A stretch of DNA of 45,397 nucleotides from Gemmatimonadales bacterium. GTDB lineage: Bacteria; Gemmatimonadota; Gemmatimonadetes; Gemmatimonadales; GWC2-71-9. The notes under the pieces are model-generated. The model did no database searches. It was not told the DNA's origin and saw only the letters and a list, made by a program, of their open reading frames with translations. The position numbers and the translations under genes are program-made. Positions within the stretch are counted from its first letter, which is position 1. Each line of letters opens with the position of its first letter. The stretch is from contig DATLKW010000006.1 of NCBI GenBank assembly GCA_035538175.1, positions 1 to 45,397 of the forward strand, given 5' to 3'. Below are positions 34,650-44,795 of this stretch, one piece after another.

Positions 34650-35762
34650 TCACGTCCGCGCCTGGCGCCAGAGCCACACCCCCGCCACCCCAAAGAGGAG
34701 ATTTGGCACCCACGCCGCCACCTCCGGCGGCAGCGCGCCACTCTGTCCGACGGCTTTCGACAGCTGGAACATCAAGAGGTCCACGAAGGTCGTCGCGAGG
34801 CAGACCGCCACGCCCCAGGCGGTGCCGCTCCGCGGCGTCGAGATCGCAAGCGGCGCGCCGAAGAGCGCGATCACGATGCACGCGAACGGGACCGAGAGCT
34901 TGAGCGCCCGCTCCACGCGGAGCTTCTTCGTATCGGAGCCCGAGCGCGCGAGCGCATCGACGTAGCGGCCGAGCTCGGCAAACCCCATCTCGTCGGGCGC
35001 CTTGGGCTCGGCGAGGAGCGCCGCCGGGGTCTCCCGCAGCGTCCTCGTCTTGAGCGAATCGAAGGCGAAGGTCGTCTCGCGGCCCGGCCCGAGCAGATAG
35101 CGCAGCGCGCCCTTCGCGAGCGTCCAGCCCCGCTTCGCCCGGGCCGTGTCGTAGGTCGCCCGCTCCGCGGCGACCAGGATCGTGGGGTACTCCTCGCCCC
35201 TGCCACCGCGCTCGAGAATGACGTCGCGCATCTCCGCGCCCGCCGTGCGGAGCTCGAGCGAGCGAATCGAATACACCCACCCGCGGTCGGCCCGATAGAC
35301 AAACGGATTGTAGCGCGAGGCGACTTGGCGCACGGTCTTTTCGCCCAGGAGCTCCGCCCGTCGCGCCGACGTCACCGGCGCGAGCTCCGTCAACCCGACG
35401 TCGAGCGCGACCGCCGCGAGCGACGCCGCCAAGAGCGGCCGCACCACGCGGTGAAACGAGATCCCGGACGCCTTCGCCGCCACGAGCTCCGAGTGGCGGC
35501 CGAGCGCCCCCACCGTGAACACCACGGCGAACAGCACGGCGACCGGCAAGACGAGCGAAATCGTCTCCGGCAGGTAAAACAGATACGAGTAGGCGAGCTG
35601 CCCCTTGGGGATCCCGCGCCCGAGATACGTGCTGAGCTTGTCCGTCAGGTCGATCACCATGACGAGAAACGGAAATCCGAGCGCCGCGAGCAGGAACACC
35701 TTGAGCCACTCGCGCACCACGTAGCGATCGAGCGTGCTGAGCGGGGCCTCGGCCACGCGCAC
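34650..35762 (-). CDS. lptG: LptF/LptG-family LPS export permease
   Basis: GTG 35762 overlaps the upstream TAG by 1 nt. Matching blocks are LSTLDRYVVREWLKVFLLAALGF and ELVAAKASGISFHRVVRPLL. It has a periplasmic middle domain, and three C-terminal TM segments. Assignment as F versus G is arbitrary. Confidence 0.7.
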   Translation of the reverse strand: MRVAEAPLSTLDRYVVREWLKVFLLAALGFPFLVMVIDLTDKLSTYLGRGIPKGQLAYSYLFYLPETISLVLPVAVLFAVVFTVGALGRHSELVAAKASGISFHRVVRPLLAASLAAVALDVGLTELAPVTSARRAELLGEKTVRQVASRYNPFVYRADRGWVYSIRSLELRTAGAEMRDVILERGGRGEEYPTILVAAERATYDTARAKRGWTLAKGALRYLLGPGRETTFAFDSLKTRTLRETPAALLAEPKAPDEMGFAELGRYVDALARSGSDTKKLRVERALKLSVPFACIVIALFGAPLAISTPRSGTAWGVAVCLATTFVDLLMFQLSKAVGQSGALPPEVAAWVPNLLFGVAGVWLWRQART

Positions 35763-37381
35763 TAGGGCCCGCCCGCCCGGCGCCACCGCGCCCAGAGGGC
35801 CGGCACCCACGCCGGCCAGAGGTCGCCCCAGTCGCTGCCGTGGGGCGAGTCGCCCGGCTTGCGCAACCGCCACAAGCCGAAGAGGCCCGCGACCGCGCAC
35901 ACCAAGTTAGGCGTCCACATCGCGAAGAACGGCGACACGACCAGCCGGTCGCCGAGTTCCTCGCCGCCGATCAGTCCGACGTAGTACACGGTGAAGATCG
36001 CGACGCTCACCCCGAGGACCAGCCCGATCCCGCCGCGCTCGAAGCGTAAGCCGATGGGGACGCCGACGAGCGCGAAGACGAAGCACGCGAGCGCGATGGC
36101 GTACTTCTTCTGGATCTCCACCTCGTAGGCGGCGGCGCGCTCGCGCGTGCTCCGCAGACGCTGTTCCTCGCCGACGCCCGCCCCGGGCGTGATCAAGGAG
36201 GCGGGAACGAAGGGCGGGGGAGTGGAACCCGCTACCCCGGCGACGCGCGTGAGGACGTTCGGCGCGGGCGGCGGCGCGGCCGACTGGGGCGGCGGGGCGG
36301 TCGCCGCCGGACGGCGCACGGGGGGGGCCTGCGCGGGCGGGCGCGCGCGATGGGGCGTGGGGGTCTGGGCACCGGCTGTGGCGGGGATGAACCATTGCGC
36401 GAGCCGTCGCAGGGCGCGGCAATAGGGGTCCCGGGGCACGGTCTCCGCCTTGCTGGGCCCGGGCACCGTGGTCAGGGGGACGAGCCCTGTCAAGCGGCGC
36501 AGGTCGTTCTGAATCACCGCTCGGGCGTCCGCTGCGGCGCGCTCGATATCGTGGCGCGTTGTGACGACCGCCTGCCGCATCTCACACGTCGACATCTCAC
36601 GGTCGCTCTTGTAGGTGTCGTTCGTGGTCAACTCGAACGGATTCGCCACCCCGGACACCCGCATGCGGTTCGTGGTGAAGAACGTGCGGTTGAACTGGGT
36701 GGGATCGGTGCGACTCACTTCCTCGATGTCGCCGTCCTCGAGCGTCAGGTAGAGATCGCGGCCCCCGACGCTGTACGCCATCCGCCCGCTATCCGCCGTG
36801 ATGATGCGCCGACGCTCCGCATCCGCCAGGTCGTAGATCGTGACTTCCTTCAGCTTGTTCGTGCTACCGTCGATCCGCGCCGCGCGGAGAAAGAACTGCC
36901 CCGCGACAACTTCGTTGATCACCTGCTCCTTGAGCGCCAGCGACGGCTTCTTGCGCTGGATGTCCATCTGCAGCGTGCGCAGCTGATGGTTGGTGCGCGG
37001 GAGCAGCTGATCGTTCCACAGAAAGGACAGCAGCGTGACCCCGGCCGCACCCGCCAACACCGGGCGCACGAGCCGGCCCACGCTCACGCCCCCGGCTTGC
37101 ATCGCGACGATCTCGTTGTCCGCCGCGAGCCGCGTGAACACGTAGAGCACGGCCACGAGTACCGCCATGGGCAGCGTCACGGCGACGATGAACGGCACCG
37201 AGAGGAGGAAGACCTCGGCGATCACCGCGCCCGGGAGGCCCTTGCCCAGGAGACCGGAGAGCTGCTTGGCGACCTGCTGGATCAGCATTAACGAGGTGAG
37301 CGCCGTCAGGGCAAAGCCGAGCGGCGCGACGTGCTGGCGCAAGAGGTAGCGACTGAGGGTGCGCACGGTCGGTGGCGCCAT
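35762..37381 (-). CDS. lptF: LptF/LptG-family LPS export permease with a long low-complexity insertion
   Basis: Matching blocks are VRTLSRYLLRQHVAPLGFALTAL and EIVAMQAGGVSVGRLVRPVL. It is 539 aa, compared with the roughly 360 aa usual for this family as I recall. Confidence 0.7.
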   Translation of the reverse strand: MAPPTVRTLSRYLLRQHVAPLGFALTALTSLMLIQQVAKQLSGLLGKGLPGAVIAEVFLLSVPFIVAVTLPMAVLVAVLYVFTRLAADNEIVAMQAGGVSVGRLVRPVLAGAAGVTLLSFLWNDQLLPRTNHQLRTLQMDIQRKKPSLALKEQVINEVVAGQFFLRAARIDGSTNKLKEVTIYDLADAERRRIITADSGRMAYSVGGRDLYLTLEDGDIEEVSRTDPTQFNRTFFTTNRMRVSGVANPFELTTNDTYKSDREMSTCEMRQAVVTTRHDIERAAADARAVIQNDLRRLTGLVPLTTVPGPSKAETVPRDPYCRALRRLAQWFIPATAGAQTPTPHRARPPAQAPPVRRPAATAPPPQSAAPPPAPNVLTRVAGVAGSTPPPFVPASLITPGAGVGEEQRLRSTRERAAAYEVEIQKKYAIALACFVFALVGVPIGLRFERGGIGLVLGVSVAIFTVYYVGLIGGEELGDRLVVSPFFAMWTPNLVCAVAGLFGLWRLRKPGDSPHGSDWGDLWPAWVPALWARWRRAGGP

Positions 37382-37438
37382 TATATTCGGAAGTCCAAGT
37401 CCCTACAAGACATTCACCTCCTGACTACCCCTCTCGCC

Positions 37439-38350
37439 ATGCGAAGGAGCCGCTGCTGGGGCGCGGCGCTATGCGTCAGCGTCGGCGTCGGCGCCGCTTG
37501 CGCCGAGCGTGGCGGGGCCCGGCCGCGGGAGTTCGCCGGCCAGCGCGCGCTCGGCTACGTCGAGCGGCAAATGGGGTTCGGGCCCCGCATCCCGGGCACC
37601 TCGGCGCACGAGCGCGCGGGCGACTGGATCTTGACCCAGCTCCGCGCTACCGCTGACACCGTGCTCGTGCAGCGCATCACCCACGTGACTCGCCGCGGCG
37701 ACACGCTGCGGTTGCGCAACTTCTTGGCGCGCTTCAAGCCGGCCGCCGCGGAGCGGGTCCTGTTCCTCGCCCACTGGGACACGCGACCGCACGCGGACCA
37801 GAGTGCCAACCTGGCGCAGCAGCGCCTCCCCGTCCCCGGGGCGAACGACGGTGCGTCCGGCACGGCGGTCCTCCTCGGCGTCGCCGACGCCCTCAAGGCG
37901 AAGGCCCCGCACCTCGGCGTCGACCTCCTGTTTGTCGACGGCGAAGACTACGGCGACTTCGCGGATACGAACGACGTCCTCATCGGGTCGCGCTACTTCG
38001 CCGCCCACCAGCCCGCGGGCTATCAGCCGCTCTTTGCCGTGCTCTTCGACATGGTCGGGGACAAGGATCAGGACTTCTATTACGAGGGCAACTCCCAGGC
38101 CTTCGCCCCGGAGGTGGTGGACCGCGTGTGGCGCACCGCTGCCGACGTGGGCTACGGGCGCGTCTTCCTTCCGGGCGTGAAACACACGCTCACCGACGAC
38201 CACGTCGCGCTCCAGCACGCGGGAATCCACGCCATCGACGTCGTGGATTTCGACTACCCATACTGGCACACCACCGAAGACACGATCGACAAAGTGAGCG
38301 CGGCGTCGTTGCAGGTGGTGGGCGACGTCGCGGTGGCCTTGGTGCGCTGA
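37439..38350 (+). CDS. M28-family peptidase / glutaminyl-cyclase-like protein (exported)
   Basis: ATG 37439 is in frame with the track ORF. It has a signal or lipoprotein-like N-terminus (MRRSRCWGAALCVSVGVGAAC). Metal-ligand contexts are LFLAHWDTRP, GANDGASGTAVLL and FVDGEDYG. Confidence 0.75.
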   Translation: MRRSRCWGAALCVSVGVGAACAERGGARPREFAGQRALGYVERQMGFGPRIPGTSAHERAGDWILTQLRATADTVLVQRITHVTRRGDTLRLRNFLARFKPAAAERVLFLAHWDTRPHADQSANLAQQRLPVPGANDGASGTAVLLGVADALKAKAPHLGVDLLFVDGEDYGDFADTNDVLIGSRYFAAHQPAGYQPLFAVLFDMVGDKDQDFYYEGNSQAFAPEVVDRVWRTAADVGYGRVFLPGVKHTLTDDHVALQHAGIHAIDVVDFDYPYWHTTEDTIDKVSAASLQVVGDVAVALVR

Positions 38351-38579
38351 TCGCCGAGCGTCGTTCGCTGCCCCGGGCCGCAGCGACGCCCGGACCCCGC
38401 TCCGACGTCCCGCGTGACCCAGATCACGCGCGACACTCGGGCTAGCGTCCGATAGACTTAGACTGGGAGGCCCCCGGGCGTCCCCGACCGAGGGCGAGGC
38501 ACGCGCGCCCCGAGCGCCGACGGTGGCGTTCCCCGACCTCGGGCCCTACGTGATCTATTCGGGGGCCGCCCGCCCCTGC

Positions 38580-38607
38580 TTGACAGGGCTCGGCCGCCAA
38601 CTATGTT
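38580..38607 (+). promoter_or_regulatory. Near-consensus sigma-70 promoter TTGACA-N16-TATGTT
   Basis: The -35 element TTGACA is at 38580-38585, followed by a 16-nt spacer and the -10 element TATGTT at 38602-38607. The -10 directly abuts the first ATG of the pilB ORF. Confidence 0.5.
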
Positions 38608-40340
<1,733 letters not shown>

Positions 40341-40344
<4 letters not shown>

Positions 40345-41501
40345 CGGCAGGCGCTTCGCATGCGGTGAATCTGCGCTCCCTCCTCGAGGAGATGATCGAG
40401 AAGGACGCCTCCGACCTCCACATCGTGGCGGGGGAGCGCCCCAAGCTGCGCGTGGATGGCGACATCGTGAACTCCGGCGTGGAGGCCGTGCTTACCCCCA
40501 AGGACACGCTCTCGATCGCCTACTCGGTGCTCACCGAGAACCAAAAGAAACGCTTCGAGAACGAGAACGAGCTCGACTTCTCGTTCGGGATCCAGAACCT
40601 GGCGCGCTTCCGCGGGAACTGCTTCAAGCAACGCGGCTGCGTCTCGCTCGTGATCCGCCAGATTCCCTTCACCGTCCGGACGTTCGAAGAACTCGGCCTG
40701 CCCGGCGTCGTGGCGAGGCTCGCCGAGCGGCCGCGCGGCCTAGTGCTCGTCACGGGCCCCACTGGCTCGGGCAAGAGCACGACGCTCGCCGCCATGATCG
40801 ACAAGATCAACAAGGAGTTGAAGGGGCACATCATCACCGTCGAGGACCCGATCGAGTTCATCCACCGCCACCAGAACTGCATCGTGAACCAGCGAGAGAT
40901 CGGGACCGACACCTCGAGCTTCGCGGCGGCCCTCAAGTACGCGCTGCGGCAGGATCCGGACGTCGTGCTGGTGGGCGAGATGCGGGACCTGGAGACGATC
41001 GCCGCCGCGCTGACGATCGCCGAGACGGGGCATCTCGCGTTCGCCACGCTGCACACGAACTCCGCGATGGAGAGCATCAACCGGATCATCGACGTGTTCC
41101 CGTCGCACCAGCAGGCCCAGGTGCGCGCCCAGCTCTCCTTCGTGCTTGAGGGGATCATCACGCAGACCCTGCTCCAGAAGGCGAAGGGGAAGGGGCGCGT
41201 GATGGCGTGCGAGATCCTCATCATGACGCCGGCGGTGCGGGCCCTGATCCGCGACGAGAAGATCGAGCAGATCCCTTCGATGATGCAGGCGGGGAAGAAA
41301 CACGGCATGCAGACGCTCAACGACGCGCTGTACCAGCTCTACATGGGCCGCGAGGTCACGAAGGAAGAGTGCCTCCGGGTGACGTCGACCCCGAACGAGT
41401 TCCTGCGGATGATCGGTGAGCCGCCGCTCGACGAGAAGGAACCGATGCCCGTCGGCGGCCAGGCCGCGGTCGCCGGCGGCCGCGTCGCGGCCCGGCGCTA
41501 G
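40341..41501 (+). CDS. pilT: Twitching-motility retraction ATPase PilT
   Basis: There is an ATGA overlap with pilB. Matching blocks are ASDLHI, VTGPTGSGKSTTLAAMID, VLVGEMRDLETI and FATLHTNSA, plus the AIRNLIRE-like motif AVRALIRDEK. Confidence 0.9.
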
Positions 41502-41520
41502 GCCCGCGGAGGAGGACTAG

Positions 41521-42726
41521 ATGCCAGTCTTTCAATACACCGCGCGCACGCTCAAAGGCGAGCTCGTCAACGATAAGGTCGACCTGCCGACGCGCGACGA
41601 CGTCGTCGCCCACCTGCGCAAGAACCGCATGGTGGTCGTCAAGGTCAGCCAGGCGCCCCGCGAATTCAAACTCAACCTCAAATTCGGCAGCGGCATCAAG
41701 ACCCGCGACGTCGTGGTGTTCACCCGCCAGTTCTCCACCATGATCAACGCCGGGCTGCCGCTCGTGCAGGCGCTCGACATCCTGGCCCAGCAGACTGAGA
41801 ACAAGCTCCTCGCCGACGTGACGCGGCAGGTCGTCTACGACGTCGAAAGCGGCCAGACGCTCGCCGACGCCCTGCGCAAGCACCCCAAGGCGTTCGGCGA
41901 TCTGTACGTCAACATGGTCGCGGCGGGCGAGGCGGGCGGCATCCTCGATACCATCTTGCTGCGGCTCGCTCAGTTCCTCGAGAAGAACGACGCGATCATC
42001 CGCAAGGTGAAGGGCGCGATGATCTATCCCGCCGTCATCTTGACCGTCGCGGTGGTCGCGATCGCCGTGCTCCTCATCTTCGTCATTCCCACGTTCCAGA
42101 ACATGTTCGCGTCGGTGAATCTCCAGCTGCCCCTGCCGACGCGGATCGTGATCGGCGCGAGCGCCGTACTCAAGAACTACTGGTGGGCGATCGCCGGGGT
42201 CATCGGCGGCGGGGTGTTCATGGTGAATCGCTACTACCAAACGCCGCCGGGCCGACTCCAGATCGATGCCCTGCTGCTCAGGCTGCCGGTCCTCGGCGAC
42301 GTGCTCCGCAAGGCGGCCGTGTCGCGCTTCACGCGGACCCTCGGCACCCTCATCTCCTCCGGGGTCTCCATCCTCGACGGCCTGGAGATCACCGCGCGCA
42401 CCGCCGGCAACATGGTGATCCACAACGCCGTCATGGAGTCGCGCGCCTCGATCGCGGGCGGCGAGACCATCGCCGCGCCACTCGCGAAGTCCAAGGTGTT
42501 CCCCCCGATGGTGATCTCCATGATCTCCGTCGGGGAGCAGACGGGGGGTATGGACGAGATGCTGTCGAAAATCGCCGATTTCTACGACGACGAGGTAGAC
42601 GCGGCCGTCAGCGCCCTCCTGTCGCTCATGGAGCCCGTTATGATCGTGGTGCTCGGCGTCATCGTGGGTGGCATGGTCGTCGCCATGTACCTGCCGATCT
42701 TCGACATGGTGAACGCGGTGCAATAG
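41521..42726 (+). CDS. pilC: Type IV pilus platform protein PilC (GspF family)
   Basis: GGAGGAGG lies upstream. The product starts MPVFQYTARTLKGE. It has duplicated T2SSF domains (FTRQFSTMINAGLPLVQAL / FTRTLGTLISSGVSILDGL). Confidence 0.9.
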   Translation: MPVFQYTARTLKGELVNDKVDLPTRDDVVAHLRKNRMVVVKVSQAPREFKLNLKFGSGIKTRDVVVFTRQFSTMINAGLPLVQALDILAQQTENKLLADVTRQVVYDVESGQTLADALRKHPKAFGDLYVNMVAAGEAGGILDTILLRLAQFLEKNDAIIRKVKGAMIYPAVILTVAVVAIAVLLIFVIPTFQNMFASVNLQLPLPTRIVIGASAVLKNYWWAIAGVIGGGVFMVNRYYQTPPGRLQIDALLLRLPVLGDVLRKAAVSRFTRTLGTLISSGVSILDGLEITARTAGNMVIHNAVMESRASIAGGETIAAPLAKSKVFPPMVISMISVGEQTGGMDEMLSKIADFYDDEVDAAVSALLSLMEPVMIVVLGVIVGGMVVAMYLPIFDMVNAVQ

Positions 42727-42756
42727 CGTCACCCGATGCGGCGGACGGCGGCGCGA

Positions 42757-42779
42757 GGCCTCCCGCACGGCGGGGGGCC
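42757..42779 (+). terminator. Weak hairpin after pilC
   Basis: GGCCTCCCG-cacgg-CGGGGGGCC is followed by only TT, so it is a poor U-tract. Confidence 0.3.
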
Positions 42780-42809
42780 TTGCCGTCAGAGGAAGGGGGA
42801 CGGACGAGG

Positions 42810-43979
42810 GTGCAGGGACCACAGGCGCAGCGCGCGACCGGGCTCACGCTCCGCCACGACAGTGTGCCGATGCGCCTCTATCACGAGGCCAAGCGGCTCG
42901 GCGTGTGGGACCCCCGGGACCTGGAGCTCGGGCCGGACGCGAGCGATTGGACCCGCCTGAGTGTCGTCGAGCGCGACGTGGTGCTGCGCCTCACCGCCCT
43001 CTTCCTCGCCGCCGAGGAGGGAATGACGCGGGACCTGCTCCCGCTGCTCATGACGGTCGTCCGGGAAGATCGCCTCGAGGAGGAGCTCTTCCTCACCACC
43101 TTCCTCGCCGAGGAAGCGAAGCACACCGAGTTCTTCCGCCGCGTCCTCGACGAGGTCTGCCGCCAGTCGGGCGAGCTCACCCGCTACCAGACGCCGAGCT
43201 TCCAGCAACTGTTCTCCGAAAAGCTGCCGACCGCGATGAAGCGGCTCCTCGTGGACGCGTCCCCTCCCGCGCAGGCGGAGGCGCTCGTCACCTACACACT
43301 CGTGGGCGAAGGCGTCCTCGGTGACGCGGGCTACCGCGTGCTCACGCGCGCGCTCGACGGGATCATGCCCGGCTACCGGTCCGGGCTCGGCCGCGCCCAA
43401 GCGGACGAAGCGCGCCACATGGCCTACGGCCTGTTCCTGCTGTCGCGGCTCGTCGCCACCGACCCGAGCGTGTGGGACGCAATCACCCATCGGATGGACG
43501 ACCTCCTGCCCGTCACCCTCGGCATCGTGAGCGAGTTCTTCGAAGCCTACGACCACATGCCGTTCGGCCTCTCGCTAGCGGATACGATCGAGTACGCGAT
43601 CGGGCAGTTTGCGGTCCGCTGGGCCCAACTCGAGGAGGCACGCGACAAGATCCACGGCGGCGCGGGGACCGCCGCCCGAGCGGTGCCGACCGAGCAGGAG
43701 GCCGGCGCCGTCAGCGAGATTCGGGCGTGGCTCGCGGATGCGATCGGGAGCGGCCCGATCGAGCTCGGGCGGGACGCGACGGGGCGGGTGGTGGTGTTCC
43801 AGGTGGGACCTGAGCGCACCCCGCGCCTGCTCATCACCCAGGACGTGCTCGATCAGCACAGCCCCGCCGATATCGTCGCGGCCCTCGGCGAGCGGGTCGG
43901 GGCGCTCACCGGGAACCCCCACGCCCGCCTCACCTGCATGCGCATCGGCCGCAAGATTGTCGTGCAGGCACTCGAATGA
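42810..43979 (+). CDS. Ferritin-like di-metal carboxylate protein, ribonucleotide reductase R2 / R2-like ligand-binding oxidase family, with an extra C-terminal domain of about 100 aa
   Basis: The start is GTG 42810 (after GGAAGGGGGA) or ATG 42870, both within track ORF 42183..43979. The metal ligand set is AAEEG, EEAKHTEFF (ExxH), LVGEGVL and ADEARHMAYG (ExxH). Confidence 0.7.
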   Translation: MQGPQAQRATGLTLRHDSVPMRLYHEAKRLGVWDPRDLELGPDASDWTRLSVVERDVVLRLTALFLAAEEGMTRDLLPLLMTVVREDRLEEELFLTTFLAEEAKHTEFFRRVLDEVCRQSGELTRYQTPSFQQLFSEKLPTAMKRLLVDASPPAQAEALVTYTLVGEGVLGDAGYRVLTRALDGIMPGYRSGLGRAQADEARHMAYGLFLLSRLVATDPSVWDAITHRMDDLLPVTLGIVSEFFEAYDHMPFGLSLADTIEYAIGQFAVRWAQLEEARDKIHGGAGTAARAVPTEQEAGAVSEIRAWLADAIGSGPIELGRDATGRVVVFQVGPERTPRLLITQDVLDQHSPADIVAALGERVGALTGNPHARLTCMRIGRKIVVQALE

Positions 43980-44003
43980 CCGGCGCCCCACGGCGGGTGG
44001 TCG

Positions 44004-44630
44004 TCAGGGCGAGGCCATCGGGGACGGAGCGACAGTATCGCCGGCGAGGCGCGGCAACTCGAGCCACTGGCGCGGGAACCGTGGGAGAAACCGCACGCGC
44101 CGGTTCACCACCGCCTGCACGCGCCGCCACCAGCAGATGATGGGGCGCGGCGTCCGACCCACGCTCACCACGGCGAAGGGGATCGAGTCGGCAACGACCG
44201 TCCGGATGTCGGGCTGGCTGAGCGAGCACAAGTCCTCGGGCGTCTTCACCCCGAAGCTCGAGTCCGGACCCGTCCAGGGATGGTTGTGCCACACGGCGAG
44301 TGTGCCCCGCGCGCACGGGACGGGCTGCACCCGGTCCACGCTCGAGCTGATGATGTCGGGCATCACGAACTCGCCCACCACCGCGCTGTCGCCGAGCGCC
44401 GTGCCCTGAAGGCAGAGGACCACCTCACGGTCGAGCCCCGCCGCCAACAGACTCACCCGACGCAGCAGCGACGCCGTGAGGGCGAAGCGCCTGAGCGGCT
44501 GGGAGTTGAGGATCGCGGAATCGGTTGCCGTGAGCGGCGCCTGCGCGAGCGCGGGGCGCACGAAGGGGAGGGCGAGCACCCCCACGGCCGAGCCGAGCGC
44601 CAGGGCCGCGGGACGGAGACCGCGTGGCAT
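44004..44630 (-). CDS. Exported protein with a JAB/MPN (JAMM)-like metalloprotease motif
   Basis: The signal peptide is MPRGLRPAALALGSAVGVLALPFVRPALAQA. REVVLCLQG...VWHNHPWTG...SLSQPD fits E...HxH...SxxD, but with a long spacer. Confidence 0.45.
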   Translation of the reverse strand: MPRGLRPAALALGSAVGVLALPFVRPALAQAPLTATDSAILNSQPLRRFALTASLLRRVSLLAAGLDREVVLCLQGTALGDSAVVGEFVMPDIISSSVDRVQPVPCARGTLAVWHNHPWTGPDSSFGVKTPEDLCSLSQPDIRTVVADSIPFAVVSVGRTPRPIICWWRRVQAVVNRRVRFLPRFPRQWLELPRLAGDTVAPSPMASP

Positions 44631-44795
44631 GCTATAGAATAAGCCCGGCCTCGGCGCTGTCGTCGAGAGGGCGCTCTTGCACTTTGCTAGACCGATCCCA
44701 ATACTTAGCCGCCGGACGGGGCGGCGGGGCGATCCCGGCGCGATGCCGTAACCGGTTGTGGGTACGACGGTTAAGGTCTCGCTAAGGAGCGGGAT

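Noticed and set aside
38411-38464. The inverted repeat CGCGTGA-N6-TCACGCG (38411-38430) and the tandem TAGACT-TAGACT (38453-38464), between the M28 peptidase gene and pilB.
   Set aside because: These are real sequence features, but I cannot tie them to a terminator (no U tract), a start codon or a known operator. They are noted only as possible pil regulatory sites, too weak for a finding.
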